The notes beneath the pieces were generated by a model. That model had not been told where the DNA came from and did no database searches. It worked only from the letters and a program-made list of their open reading frames with translations. This document shows, one piece after another, positions 1 to 14,136 of a stretch of DNA of 64,000 nucleotides (positions within the stretch are counted from its first letter, which is position 1; each line of letters begins with the position of its first letter). The position numbers and the translations under genes were made by a program. The stretch comes from Auanema rhodensis (Eukaryota > Animalia > Nematoda), in NCBI GenBank assembly GCA_964057225.1, contig OZ059900.1, positions 2,790,001 to 2,854,000 on the forward strand, read 5' to 3'.

Positions 1-230
1 GTTTGCACTGATATTTATTCATTTTGATCGAAAAAGGTCGAAAATAGAAAGAATTTTTGAAATTTCCGAGTTTTGAGTCTAATTTGGCTAAATCGCTCAT
101 ATATATGATCAGAAGCATAGTTTTATTGTCTATGACAACAAAAATCATCAATTAAACGCTAGTGATGTTTAAATACTGATTTTCGCTCAAATAGCATTAC
201 TACACTAAGTATGGTCGTTTTTATGCCTTT

Positions 231-3200
231 AACACCATATACTCACCGATTTTTGGTACAAAATCTGTAATACTCGTAAATTTTGATCATATTCGTTAAG
301 ATTTGAGAATCAAACATACAATACACAAAATCAGTCTATTTTTATGAGCTTGCACTGATATATATTCATTTTGATCAAAAAAGGTCGAAAATAGAAAGAA
401 TTTTTGAAATTTCCGAGTTTTGAGTCTAATTTGGCTAAATCGCTCATATACATGATCAGAAGCATAGTTTCATTGTCTATGACAACAAAAGTCATCAATT
501 AAACGCTAGTGATGTTTAAATACTGATTTTCGCTCAAATAGCATTACTACACTAAGTATGGTCGTTTTTATGCCTTTAACACCATATACTCACCGATTTT
601 TGGTACAAAATCTGTAATACTCGTAAATTTTGATCATATTCGTTAAGATTTGAAAATCAAACACACAATAAACAAAATCAGTCTATTTTTATGAGTTTGC
701 ACTGATATATATTCATTTTGATCAAAAAAGGTCGAAAATAGAAAGAATTTTTGAATTTTCCGAGTTTTGAGTCCAATTGGGCTAAATCGCTCATATATAT
801 GATCAAAAGCATAGTTTTACTGTCTATGATAACAAAAGTCTTCAAATATACACTAATAATGATTAAATCACTGAATTTCACTCAAATAGCATTACTACAC
901 TAAGTATGGTCGTTTTTATGCCTTTAACACCATATACTCACCGATTTTTGGTACAAAATCTGTGATACTCGTAAATTTTGATCATATTCGGTGAGATTCG
1001 AGAATCAAACACACAATACACGAAATAAGTTTATTTTTACGAGTTTGCACTGATATTTATTCATTTTGATCAAAAAAGGTCGAAAATAGAAAGAATTTTT
1101 GAAATTTCCGAGTTTTGAGTCTAATTTGGCTAAATCGCTCATATATATGATCAAAAGCATAGTTTTATTGTCTATGACAACAAAAGTCATCAATTAAACG
1201 CTAGTGATGTTTAAATACTGAATTTCGCTCAAATAGCATTACTACACTAAGTATGGTCGTTTTTATGACTTTAACACCATATACTCACCGATTTTTGGTA
1301 CAAAATCTGTAATACTCGTAAATTTTGATCATATTCGTTAAGATTTGAGAATCAAACATACAATACACAAAATCAGTCTATTTTTATGAGCTTGCACTGA
1401 TATATATTCATTTTGATCAAAAAAGGTCGAAAATAGAAAGAATTTTTGAAATTTACGAGTTTTGAGTCTAATTTGGCTAAATCGCTCATATATATGATCA
1501 GAAGCATAGTTTTATTGTCTATGACAACAAAAGTCATTAGTTAAACACTAATGATGTTTAAATCACTAAATTTCGCTCAAATAGCATTACTACACTAAGT
1601 ATGGTCGTTTTTATGCCTTTAACACCATATACTCACCGATTTTTGGTACAAAATCTGTAATACTTGTAAATTTTGATCATATTTGTTAAGATTCGAGAAT
1701 CAAACACATAATACACGAAATAAGTCTATTTTTATGAGTTTGCACTGATATTTATTCATTTTGATCAAAAAAGGTCGAAAATAGAAAGAATTTTTGAATT
1801 TTCCGAGTTTTGAGTCCAATTGGGCTAAATCGCTCATATATATGATCAAAAGCATAGTTTTACTGTCTATGATAACAAAAGTCTTCAAATATACACTAAT
1901 AATGATTTAATCACTGAATTTCACTCAAATAGCATTACTACACTAAGTATGGTCCTTTTTTATGCCTTTAACACCATATACTCACCGATTTTTGGTACAA
2001 AATCTGTAATACTCGTAAATTTTGATCATATTCGTTAAGATTTGAGAATCAAACATACAATACACAAAATCAGTCTATTTTTATGAGCTTGCACTGATAT
2101 ATATTCATTTTGATCAAAAAAGGTCGAAAATAGAAAGAATTTTTGAAATTTCCGAGTTTTGAGTCTAATTTGGCTAAATCGCTCATATATATGATCAAAA
2201 GCATAGTTTTACTGTCTATGATAACAAAAGTCTTCAAATATACACTAATAATGATTAAATCACTGAATTTCAGTCAAATAGCATTACTACACTAAGTATG
2301 GTCGTTTTTATGCCTTTAACACCATATACTCACCGATTTTTGGTACAAAATCTGTAATACTCGTAAATTTTGATCATATTCGTTAAGATTTGAAAATCAA
2401 ACACACAATAAACAAAATCAGTCTATTTTTATGAGTTTGCACTGATATATATTCATTTTGATCAAAAAAGGTCGAAAATAGAAAGAATTTTTGAATTTTC
2501 CGAGTTTTGAGTCCAATTGGGCTAAATCGCTCATATATATGATCAAAAGCATAGTTTTACTGTCTATGATAACAAAAGTCTTCAAATATACACTAATAAT
2601 GATTTAATCACTGAATTTCACTCAAATAGCATTACTACACTAAGTATGGTCGTTTTTATGCCTTTAACACCATATACTCACCGATTTTTGGTACAAAATC
2701 TGTGATACTCGTAAATTTTGATCATATTCGGTGAGATTCGAGGATCGAACACACAATACACGAAATAAGTTTATTTTTACGAGTTTGCACTGATATTTAT
2801 TCATTTTTATCAAAAAAGGTCGAAAATAGAAAGAATTTTTGAAATTTCCGAGTTTTGAGTCTAATTTGGCTAAATCGCTCATATATATGATCAAAAGCAT
2901 AGTTTTACTGTCTATGATAACAAAAGTCTTCAAATATACACTAATAATGTGTAAATCACTGAATTTCACTCAAATAGCTTTACTACACTAAGTATGGTCG
3001 TTTTTATGCCTTTAACACCATATACTCACCGATTTTTGGTACAAAATCTGTAATACTCGTAAATTTTGATCATATTCGTTAAGATTTGAGAATCAAACAT
3101 ACAATACACAAAATCAGTCTATTTTTATAAGCTTGCACTGATATATATTCATTTTGATCAAAAAAGGTCGAAAATAGAAAGAATTTTTGAAATTTACGAG

Positions 3201-6200
3201 TTTTGAGTCTAATTTGGCTAAATCGCTCATATATATGATCAAAAGCATAGTTTTACTGTCTATGATAACAAAAGTCTTCAAATATACACTAATAATGATT
3301 TAATCACTGAATTTCACTCAAATAGCATTACTACACTAAGTATGGTCGTTTTTATGCCTTTAACACCATATACTCACCGATTTTTGGTACAAAATCTGTA
3401 ATACTTGTAAATTTTGATCATATTTGTTAAGATTCGAGAATCAAACACATAATACACGAAATAAGTCTATTTTTATGAGTTTGCACTGATATTTATTCAT
3501 TTTGATCAAAAAAGGTCGAAAATAGAAAGAATTTTTGAATTTTCCGAGTTTTGAGTCCAATTGGGCTAAATCGCTCATATATATGATCAAAAGCATAGTT
3601 TTACTGTCTATGATAACAAAAGTCTTCAAATATACACTAATAATGATTTAATCACTGAATTTCACTCAAATAGCATTACTACACTAAGTATGGTCGTTTT
3701 TATGCCTTTAACACCATATACTCACCGATTTTTGGTACAAAATCTGTAATACTCGTAAATTTTGATCATATTCGTTAAGATTTGAGAATCAAACATACAA
3801 TACACAAAATCAGTCTATTTTTATGAGCTTGCACTGATATATATTCATTTTGATCAAAAAAGGTCGAAAATAGAAAGAATTTTTGAATTTTCCGAGTTTT
3901 GAGTCTAATTTGGCTAAATCGCTCATATATATGATCAAAAGCATAGTTTTACTGTCTATGATAACAAAAGTCTTCAAATATACACTAATAATGATTTAAT
4001 CACTGAATTTCACTCAAATAGCATTACTACACTAAGTATGGTCGTTTTTATGCCTTTAACACCATATACTCACCGATTTTTGGTACAAAATCTGTAATAC
4101 TCGTAAATTTTGATCATATTCGTTAAGATTTGAGAATCAAACATACAATACACAAAATCAGTCTATTTTTATGAGCTTGCACTGATATATATTCATTTTG
4201 ATCAAAAAAGGTCGAAAATAGAAAGAATTTTTGAAATTTCCGAGTTTTGAGTCTAATTTGGCTAAATCGCTCATATATATGATCAAAAGCATAGTTTTAC
4301 TGTCTATGATAACAAAAGTCTTCAAATATACACTAATAATGATTAAATCACTGAATTTCAGTCAAATAGCATTACTACACTAAGTATGGTCGTTTTTATG
4401 CCTTTAACACCATATACTCACCGATTTTTGGTACAAAATCTGTAATACTCGTAAATTTTGATCATATTCGTTAAGATTTGAGAATCAAACATACAATACA
4501 CAAAATCAGTCTATTTTTATGAGCTTGCACTGATATATATTCATTTTGATCAAAAAAGGTCGAAAATAGAAAGAATTTTTGAAATTTCCGAGTTTTGAGT
4601 CTAATTTGGCTAAATCGCTCATATATATGATCAAAAGCATAGTTTTACTGTCTATGATAACAAAAGTCTTCAAATATACACTAATAATGATTAAATCACT
4701 GAATTTCAGTCAAATAGCATTACTACACTAAGTATGGTCGTTTTTATGCCTTTAACACCATATACTCACCGATTTTTGGTACAAAATCTGTGATACTCGT
4801 AAATTTTGATCATATTCGGTGAGATTCGAGGATCGAACACACAATACACGAAATAAGTTTATTTTTACGAGTTTGCACTGATATTTATTCATTTTTTTCA
4901 AAAAAGGTCGAAAATAGAAAGAATTTTTGAAATTTCCGAGTTTTGAGTCTAATTTGGCTAAATCGCTCATATATATGATCAAAAGCATAGTTTTACTGTC
5001 TATGATAACAAAAGTCTTCAAATATACACTAATAATGATTAAATCACTGAATTTCAGTCAAATAGCATTACTACACTAAGTATGGTCGTTTTTATGCCTT
5101 TAACACCATATACTCACCGATTTTTGGTACAAAATCTGTAATACTCGTAAATTTTGATCATATTCGTTAAGATTTGAGAATCAAACATACAATACACAAA
5201 ATCAGTCTATTTTTATGAGCTTGCACTGATATATATTCATTTTGATCAAAAAAGGTCGAAAATAGAAAGAATTTTTGAAATTTCCGAGTTTTGAGTCTAA
5301 TTTGGCTAAATCGCTCATATATATGATCAAAAGCATAGTTTTACTGTCTATGATAACAAAAGTCTTCAAATATACACTAATAATGATTAAATCACTGAAT
5401 TTCAGTCAAATAGCATTACTACACTAAGTATGGTCGTTTTTATGCCTTTAACACCATATACTCACCGATTTTTGGTACAAAATCTGTGATACTCGTAAAT
5501 TTTGATCATATTCGGTGAGATTCGAGGATCGAACACACAATACACGAAATAAGTTTATTTTTACGAGTTTGCACTGATATTTATTCATTTTTTTCAAAAA
5601 AGGTCGAAAATAGAAAGAATTTTTGAAATTTCCGAGTTTTGAGTCTAATTTGGCTAAATCGCTCATATATATGATCAAAAGCATAGTTTTACTGTCTATG
5701 ATAACAAAAGTCTTCAAATATACACTAATAATGTGTAAATCACTGAATTTCACTCAAATAGCTTTACTACACTAAGTATGGTCGTTTTTATGCCTTTAAC
5801 ACCATATACTCACCGATTTTTGGTACAAAATCTGTAATACTCGTAAATTTTGATCATATTCGTTAAGATTTGAGAATCAAACATACAATACACAAAATCA
5901 GTCTATTTTTATAAGCTTGCACTGATATATATTCATTTTGATCAAAAAAGGTCGAAAATAGAAAGAATTTTTGAAATTTCCGAGTTTTGAGTCTAATTTG
6001 GCTAAATCGCTCATATACATGATCAGAAGCATAGTTTCATTGTCTATGACAACAAAAGTCATCAATTAAACGCTAGTGATGTTTAAATACTGATTTTCGC
6101 TCAAATAGCATTACTACACTAAGTATGGTCGTTTTTATGCCTTTAACACCATATACTCACCGATTTTTGGTACAAAATCTGTAATACTCGTAAATTTTGA

Positions 6201-9200
6201 TCATATTCGTTAAGATTTGAAAATCAAACACACAATAAACAAAATCAGTCTATTTTTATGAGTTTGCACTGATATATATTCATTTTGATCAAAAAAGGTC
6301 GAAAATAGAAAGAATTTTTGAATTTTCCGAGTTTTGAGTCCAATTGGGCTAAATCGCTCATATATATGATCAAAAGCATAGTTTTACTGTCTATGATAAC
6401 AAAAGTCTTCAAATATACACTAATAATGATTAAATCACTGAATTTCACTCAAATAGCATTACTACACTAAGTATGGTCGTTTTTATGCCTTTAACACCAT
6501 ATACTCACCGATTTTTGGTACAAAATCTGTGATACTCGTAAATTTTGATCATATTCGGTGAGATTCGAGAATCAAACACACAATACACGAAATAAGTTTA
6601 TTTTTACGAGTTTGCACTGATATTTATTCATTTTGATCAAAAAAGGTCGAAAATAGAAAGAATTTTTGAAATTTCCGAGTTTTGAGTCTAATTTGGCTAA
6701 ATCGCTCATATATATGATCAAAAGCATAGTTTTATTGTCTATGACAACAAAAGTCATCAATTAAACGCTAGTGATGTTTAAATACTGAATTTCGCTCAAA
6801 TAGCATTACTACACTAAGTATGGTCGTTTTTATGACTTTAACACCATATACTCACCGATTTTTGGTACAAAATCTGTAATACTCGTAAATTTTGATCATA
6901 TTCGATAAGATTTGAGAATCAAACATACAATACACAAAATCAGTCTATTTTTATGAGCTTGCACTGATATATATTCATTTTGATCAAAAAAGGTCGAAAA
7001 TAGAAAGAATTTTTGAAATTTACGAGTTTTGAGTCTAATTTGGCTAAATCGCTCATATATATGATCAGAAGCATAGTTTTATTGTCTATGACAACAAAAG
7101 TCATTAGTTAAACACTAATGATGTTTAAATCACTAAATTTCGCTCAAATAGCATTACTACACTAAGTATGGTCGTTTTTATGCCTTTAACACCATATACT
7201 CACCGATTTTTGGTACAAAATCTGTAATACTTGCAAATTTTGATCATATTTGTTAAGATTCGAGAATCAAACACATAATACACGAAATAAGTCTATTTTT
7301 ATGAGTTTGCACTGATATTTATTCATTTTGATCAAAAAAGGTCGAAAATAGAAAGAATTTTTGAATTTTCCGAGTTTTGAGTCCAATTGGGCTAAATCGC
7401 TCATATATATGATCAAAAGCATAGTTTTACTGTCTATGATAACAAAAGTCTTCAAATATACACTAATAATGATTTAATCACTGAATTTCACTCAAATAGC
7501 ATTACTACACTAAGTATGGTCCTTTTTTATGCCTTTAACACCATATACTCACCGATTTTTGGTACAAAATCTGTAATACTCGTAAATTTTGATCATATTC
7601 GTTAAGATTTGAGAATCAAACATACAATACACAAAATCAGTCTATTTTTATGAGCTTGCACTGATATATATTCATTTTGATCAAAAAAGGTCGAAAATAG
7701 AAAGAATTTTTGAAATTTCCGAGTTTTGAGTCTAATTTGGCTAAATCGCTCATATATATGATCAAAAGCATAGTTTTACTGTCTATGATAACAAAAGTCT
7801 TCAAATATACACTAATAATGATTAAATCACTGAATTTCAGTCAAATAGCATTACTACACTAAGTATGGTCGTTTTTATGCCTTTAACACCATATACTCAC
7901 CGATTTTTGGTACAAAATCTGTAATACTCGTAAATTTTGATCATATTCGTTAAGATTTGAAAATCAAACACACAATAAACAAAATCAGTCTATTTTTATG
8001 AGTTTGCACTGATATATTTTCATTTTGATCAAAAAAGGTCGAAAATAGAAAGAATTTTTGAATTTTCCGAGTTTTGAGTCCAATTGGGCTAAATCGCTCA
8101 TATATATGATCAAAAGCATAGTTTTACTGTCTATGATAACAAAAGTCTTCAAATGTACACTAATAATGATTTAATCACTGAATTTCACTCAAATAGCATT
8201 ACTACACTAAGTATGGTCGTTTTTATGCCTTTAACACCATATACTCACCGATTTTTGGTACAAAATCTGTGATACTCGTAAATTTTGATCATATTCGGTG
8301 AGATTCGAGGATCGAACACACAATACACGAAATAAGTTTATTTTTACGAGTTTGCACTGATATTTATTCATTTTTATCAAAAAAGGTCGAAAATAGAAAG
8401 AATTTTTGAAATTTCCGAGTTTTGAGTCTAATTTGGCTAAATCGCTCATATATATGATCAAAAGCATAGTTTTACTGTCTATGATAACAAAAGTCTTCAA
8501 ATATACACTAATAATGTGTAAATCACTGAATTTCACTCAAATAGCTTTACTACACTAAGTATGGTCGTTTTTATGCCTTTAACACCATATACTCACCGAT
8601 TTTTGGTACAAAATCTGTAATACTCGTAAATTTTGATCATATTCGTTAAGATTTGAGAATCAAACATACAATACACAAAATCAGTCTATTTTTATAAGCT
8701 TGCACTGATATATATTCATTTTGATCAAAAAAGGTCGAAAATAGAAAGAATTTTTGAAATTTACGAGTTTTGAGTCTAATTTGGCTAAATCGCTCATATA
8801 TATGATCAAAAGCATAGTTTTACTGTCTATGATAACAAAAGTCTTCAAATATACACTAATAATGATTTAATCACTGAATTTCACTCAAATAGCATTACTA
8901 CACTAAGTATGGTCGTTTTTATGCCTTTAACACCATATACTCACCGATTTTTGGTACAAAATCTGTAATACTTGTAAATTTTGATCATATTTGTTAAGAT
9001 TCGAGAATCAAACACATAATACACGAAATAAGTCTATTTTTATGAGTTTGCACTGATATTTATTCATTTTGATCAAAAAAGGTCGAAAATAGAAAGAATT
9101 TTTGAAATTTACGAGTTTTGAGTCTAATTTGGCTAAATCGCTCATATATATGATCAAAAGCATAGTTTTACTGTCTATGATAACAAAAGTCTTCAAATAT

Positions 9201-11700
9201 ACACTAATAATGATTTAATCACTGAATTTCACTCAAATAGCATTACTACACTAAGTATGGTCGTTTTTATGCCTTTAACACCATATACTCACCGATTTTT
9301 GGTACAAAATCTGTAATACTCGTAAATTTTGATCATATTCGTTAAGATTTGAGAATCAAACATACAATACACAAAATCAGTCTATTTTTATGAGCTTGCA
9401 CTGATATATATTCATTTTGATCAAAAAAGGTCGAAAATAGAAAGAATTTTTGAATTTTCCGAGTTTTGAGTCTAATTTGGCTAAATCGCTCATATATATG
9501 ATCAAAAGCATAGTTTTACTGTCTATGATAACAAAAGTCTTCAAATATACACTAATAATGATTTAATCACTGAATTTCACTCAAATAGCATTACTACACT
9601 AAGTATGGTCGTTTTTATGCCTTTAACACCATATACTCACCGATTTTTGGTACAAAATCTGTAATACTCGTAAATTTTGATCATATTCGTTAAGATTTGA
9701 GAATCAAACATACAATACACAAAATCAGTCTATTTTTATGAGCTTGCACTGATATATATTCATTTTGATCAAAAAAGGTCGAAAATAGAAAGAATTTTTG
9801 AAATTTCCGAGTTTTGAGTCTAATTTGGCTAAATCGCTCATATATATGATCAAAAGCATAGTTTTACTGTCTATGATAACAAAAGTCTTCAAATATACAC
9901 TAATAATGATTAAATCACTGAATTTCAGTCAAATAGCATTACTACACTAAGTATGGTCGTTTTTATGCCTTTAACACCATATACTCACCGATTTTTGGTA
10001 CAAAATCTGTAATACTCGTAAATTTTGATCATATTCGTTAAGATTTGAAAATCAAACACACAATAAACAAAATCAGTCTATTTTCATGAGTTTGCACTGA
10101 TATATATTCATTTTGATCAAAAAAGGTCGAAAATAGAAAGAATTTTTGAATTTTCCGAGTTTTGAGTCCAATTGGGCTAAATCGCTCATATATATGATCA
10201 AAAGCATAGTTTTACTGTCTATGATAACAAAAGTCTTCAAATATACACTAATAATGATTTAATCACTGAATTTCACTCAAATAGCATTACTACACTAAGT
10301 ATGGTCGTTTTTATGCCTTTAACACCATATACTCACCGATTTTTGGTACAAAATCTGTGATACTCGTAAATTTTGATCATATTCGGTGAGATTCGAGGAT
10401 CGAACACACAATACACGAAATAAGTTTATTTTTACGAGTTTGCACTGATATTTATTCATTTTTATCAAAAAAGGTCGAAAATAGAAAGAATTTTTGAAAT
10501 TTCCGAGTTTTGAGTCTAATTTGGCTAAATCGCTCATATATATGATCAAAAGCATAGTTTTACTGTCTATGATAACAAAAGTCTTCAAATATACACTAAT
10601 AATGTGTAAATCACTGAATTTCACTCAAATAGCTTTACTACACTAAGTATGGTCGTTTTTATGCCTTTAACACCATATACTCACCGATTTTTGGTACAAA
10701 ATCTGTAATACTCGTAAATTTTGATCATATTCGTTAAGATTTGAGAATCAAACATACAATACACAAAATCAGTCTATTTTTATAAGCTTGCACTGATATA
10801 TATTCATTTTGATCAAAAAAGGTCGAAAATAGAAAGAATTTTTGAAATTTCCGAGTTTTGAGTCTAATTTGGCTAAATCGCTCATATACATGATCAGAAG
10901 CATAGTTTCATTGTCTATGACAACAAAAGTCATCAATTAAACGCTAGTGATGTTTAAATACTGATTTTCGCTCAAATAGCATTACTACACTAAGTATGGT
11001 CGTTTTTATGCCTTTAACACCATATACTCACCGATTTTTGGTACAAATTCTGTAATACTCGTAAATTTTGATCATATTCGTTAAGATTTGAAAATCAAAC
11101 ACACAATAAACAAAATCAGTCTATTTTTATGAGTTTGCACTGATATATATTCATTTTGATCAAAAAAGGTCGAAAATAGAAAGAATTTTTGAATTTTCCG
11201 AGTTTTGAGTCCAATTGGGCTAAATCGCTCATATATATGATCAAAAGCATAGTTTTACTGTCTATGATAACAAAAGTCTTCAAATATACACTAATAATGA
11301 TTAAATCACTGAATTTCACTCAAATAGCATTACTACACTAAGTATGGTCGTTTTTATGCCTTTAACACCATATACTCACCGATTTTTGGTACAAAATCTG
11401 TGATACTCGTAAATTTTGATCATATTCGGTGAGATTCGAGAATCAAACACACAATACACGAAATAAGTTTATTTTTACGAGTTTGCACTGATATTTATTC
11501 ATTTTGATCAAAAAAGGTCGAAAATAGAAAGAATTTTTGAAATTTCCGAGTTTTGAGTCTAATTTGGCTAAATCGCTCATATATATGATCAAAAGCATAG
11601 TTTTATTGTCTATGACAACAAAAGTCATCAATTAAACGCTAGTGATGTTTAAATACTGAATTTCGCTCAAATAGCATTACTACACTAAGTATGGTCGTTT
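231..11700 (+). repeat. Higher-order repeat: 16-mer (5567 bp), then 14-mer (4871 bp), then a partial third copy
   Basis: gtttCatt variant at 471, 6038 and 10909 (spacings 5567, 4871). atgActtt at 1268/6835 and ggtcCttt at 1951/7518 (5567). ORF pairs 678/6245/11116 and 1005/6572/11443. Confidence 0.9.
245..268. other. Intra-monomer dyad accgatttt-tggtac-aaaatctgt (first copy shown; present in essentially every monomer)
   Basis: 9-bp arms with one mismatch around a 6-nt loop. It extends to 10/11 paired bases in the ...tctgtGa variant. Confidence 0.8.
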
Positions 11701-13788
11701 TTATGCCTTTAACACCATATACTCACCGATTTTTGGTACAAAATCTGTAATACTCGTTTTGATCATATTCGTTAAGATTTGAGAATCAAACATACAATAC
11801 ACAAAATCAGTCTATTTTTATGAGCTTGCACTGATATATATTCATTTTGATCAAAAAAGGTCGAAAATAGAAAGAATTTTTGAAATTTACGAGTTTTGAG
11901 TCTAATTTGGCTAAATCGCTCATATATATGATCAGAAGCATAGTTTTATTGTCTATGACAACAAAAGTCATTAGTTAAACACTAATGATGTTTAAATCAC
12001 TAAATTTCGCTCAAATAGCATTACTACACTAAGTATGGTCGTTTTTATGCCTTTAACACCATATACTCACCGATTTTTGGTACAAAATCTGTAATACTTG
12101 TAAATTTTGATCATATTTGTTAAGATTCGAGAACCAAACACATAATACACGAAATAAGTCTATTTTTATGAGTTTGCACTGATATTTATTCATTTTGATC
12201 AAAAAAGGTCGAAAATAGAAAGAATTTTTGAATTTTCCGAGTTTTGAGTCCAATTGGGCTAAATCGCTCATATATATGATCAAAAGCATAGTTTTACTGT
12301 CTATGATAACAAAAGTCTTCAAATATACACTAATAATGATTAAATCACTGAATTTCACTCAAATAGCATTACTACACTAAGTATGGTCGTTTTTATGCCT
12401 TTAACACCATATACTCACCGATTTTTGGTACAAAATCTGTGATACTCGTAAATTTTGATCATATTCGGTGAGATTCGAGAATCAAACACACAATACACGA
12501 AATAAGTTTATTTTTACGAGTTTGCACTGATATTTATTCATTTTGATCAAAAAAGGTCGAAAATAGAAAGAATTTTTGAAATTTCCGAGTTTTGAGTCTA
12601 ATTTGGCTAAATCGCTCATATATATGATCAAAAGCATAGTTTTATTGTCTATGACAACAAAAGTCATCAATTAAACGCTAGTGATGTTTAAATACTGAAT
12701 TTCGCTCAAATAGCATTACTACACTAAGTATGGTCGTTTTTATGCCTTTAACACCATATACTCACCGATTTTTGGTACAAAATCTGTAATACTCGTTTTG
12801 ATCATATTCGTTAAGATTTGAGAATCAAACATACAATACACAAAATCAGTCTATTTTTATGAGCTTGCACTGATATATATTCATTTTGATCAAAAAAGGT
12901 CGAAAATAGAAAGAATTTTTGAAATTTACGAGTTTTGAGTCTAATTTGGCTAAATCGCTCATATATATGATCAGAAGCATAGTTTTATTGTCTATGACAA
13001 CAAAAGTCATTAGTTAAACACTAATGATGTTTAAATCACTAAATTTCGCTCAAATAGCATTACTACACTAAGTATGGTCGTTTTTATGCCTTTAACACCA
13101 TATACTCACCGATTTTTGGTACAAAATCTGTAATACTTGTAAATTTTGATCATATTTGTTAAGATTCGAGAACCAAACACATAATACACGAAATAAGTCT
13201 ATTTTTATGAGTTTGCACTGATATTTATTCATTTTGATCAAAAAAGGTCGAAAATAGAAAGAATTTTTGAATTTTCCGAGTTTTGAGTCCAATTGGGCTA
13301 AATCGCTCATATATATGATCAAAAGCATAGTTTTACTGTCTATGATAACAAAAGTCTTCAAATATACACTAATAATGATTAAATCACTGAATTTCACTCA
13401 AATAGCATTACTACACTAAGTATGGTCGTTTTTATGCCTTTAACACCATATACTCACCGATTTTTGGTACAAAATCTGTGATACTCGTAAATTTTGATCA
13501 TATTCGGTGAGATTCGAGAATCAAACACACAATACACGAAATAAGTTTATTTTTACGAGTTTGCACTGATATTTATTCATTTTGATCAAAAAAGGTCGAA
13601 AATAGAAAGAATTTTTGAAATTTCCGAGTTTTGAGTCTAATTTGGCTAAATCGCTCATATATATGATCAAAAGCATAGTTTTATTGTCTATGACAACAAA
13701 AGTCATCAATTAAACGCTAGTGATGTTTAAATACTGAATTTCGCTCAAATAGCATTACTACACTAAGTATGGTCGTTTTTATGCCTTT
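11364..13788 (+). repeat. Trimer HOR (1039 bp) marked by a 4-bp deletion
   Basis: tactcgttttgatc (normally tactcgtaaattttgatc) at 11751 and 12790. gagaaCcaaa near 12130 and 13169. ORFs at 11443/12482/13521 are spaced 1039. Confidence 0.9.
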
Positions 13789-14136
13789 AACACCATATAC
13801 TCACCGATTTTTGGTACAAAATCTGTAATACTCGTAAATTTTGATCATATTCGTTAAGATTTGAGAATCAAACATACAATACACAAAATCAGTCTATTTT
13901 TATGAGCTTGCACTGATATATATTCATTTTGATCAAAAAAGGTCGAAAATAGAAAGAATTTTTGAAATTTACGAGTTTTGAGTCTAATTTGGCTAAATCG
14001 CTCATATATATGATCAGAAGCATAGTTTTATTGGCTATGACAACAAAAGTCATTAGTTAAACACTAATGATGTTTAAATCACTAAATTTCGCTCAAATAG
14101 CATTACTACACTAAGTATGGTCGTTTTTATGCCTTT

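Noticed and set aside
284-458. ~87-bp four-subunit structure suggested by TGATCA spacings of 88 and 81 bp
   Set aside because: There is no fourth site and no flanking similarity at that offset. Only the ~174-bp dimer has several colinear anchors.
231-577. Assignment to a named ~340-360 bp repeat family (e.g. Drosophila 359-bp, tenebrionid beetle satellites, Chironomus telomeric repeats)
   Set aside because: Only the length is similar. I recognise no sequence match, and there is no strong G/C strand bias (48 G, 55 C). A BLAST or Dfam/Repbase search is needed.
231-577. CENP-B box, 5S rDNA, tRNA or snRNA repeat unit
   Set aside because: I found no NTTCGNNNNANNCGGGN motif on either strand and no recognisable structural RNA or Pol III box pattern.
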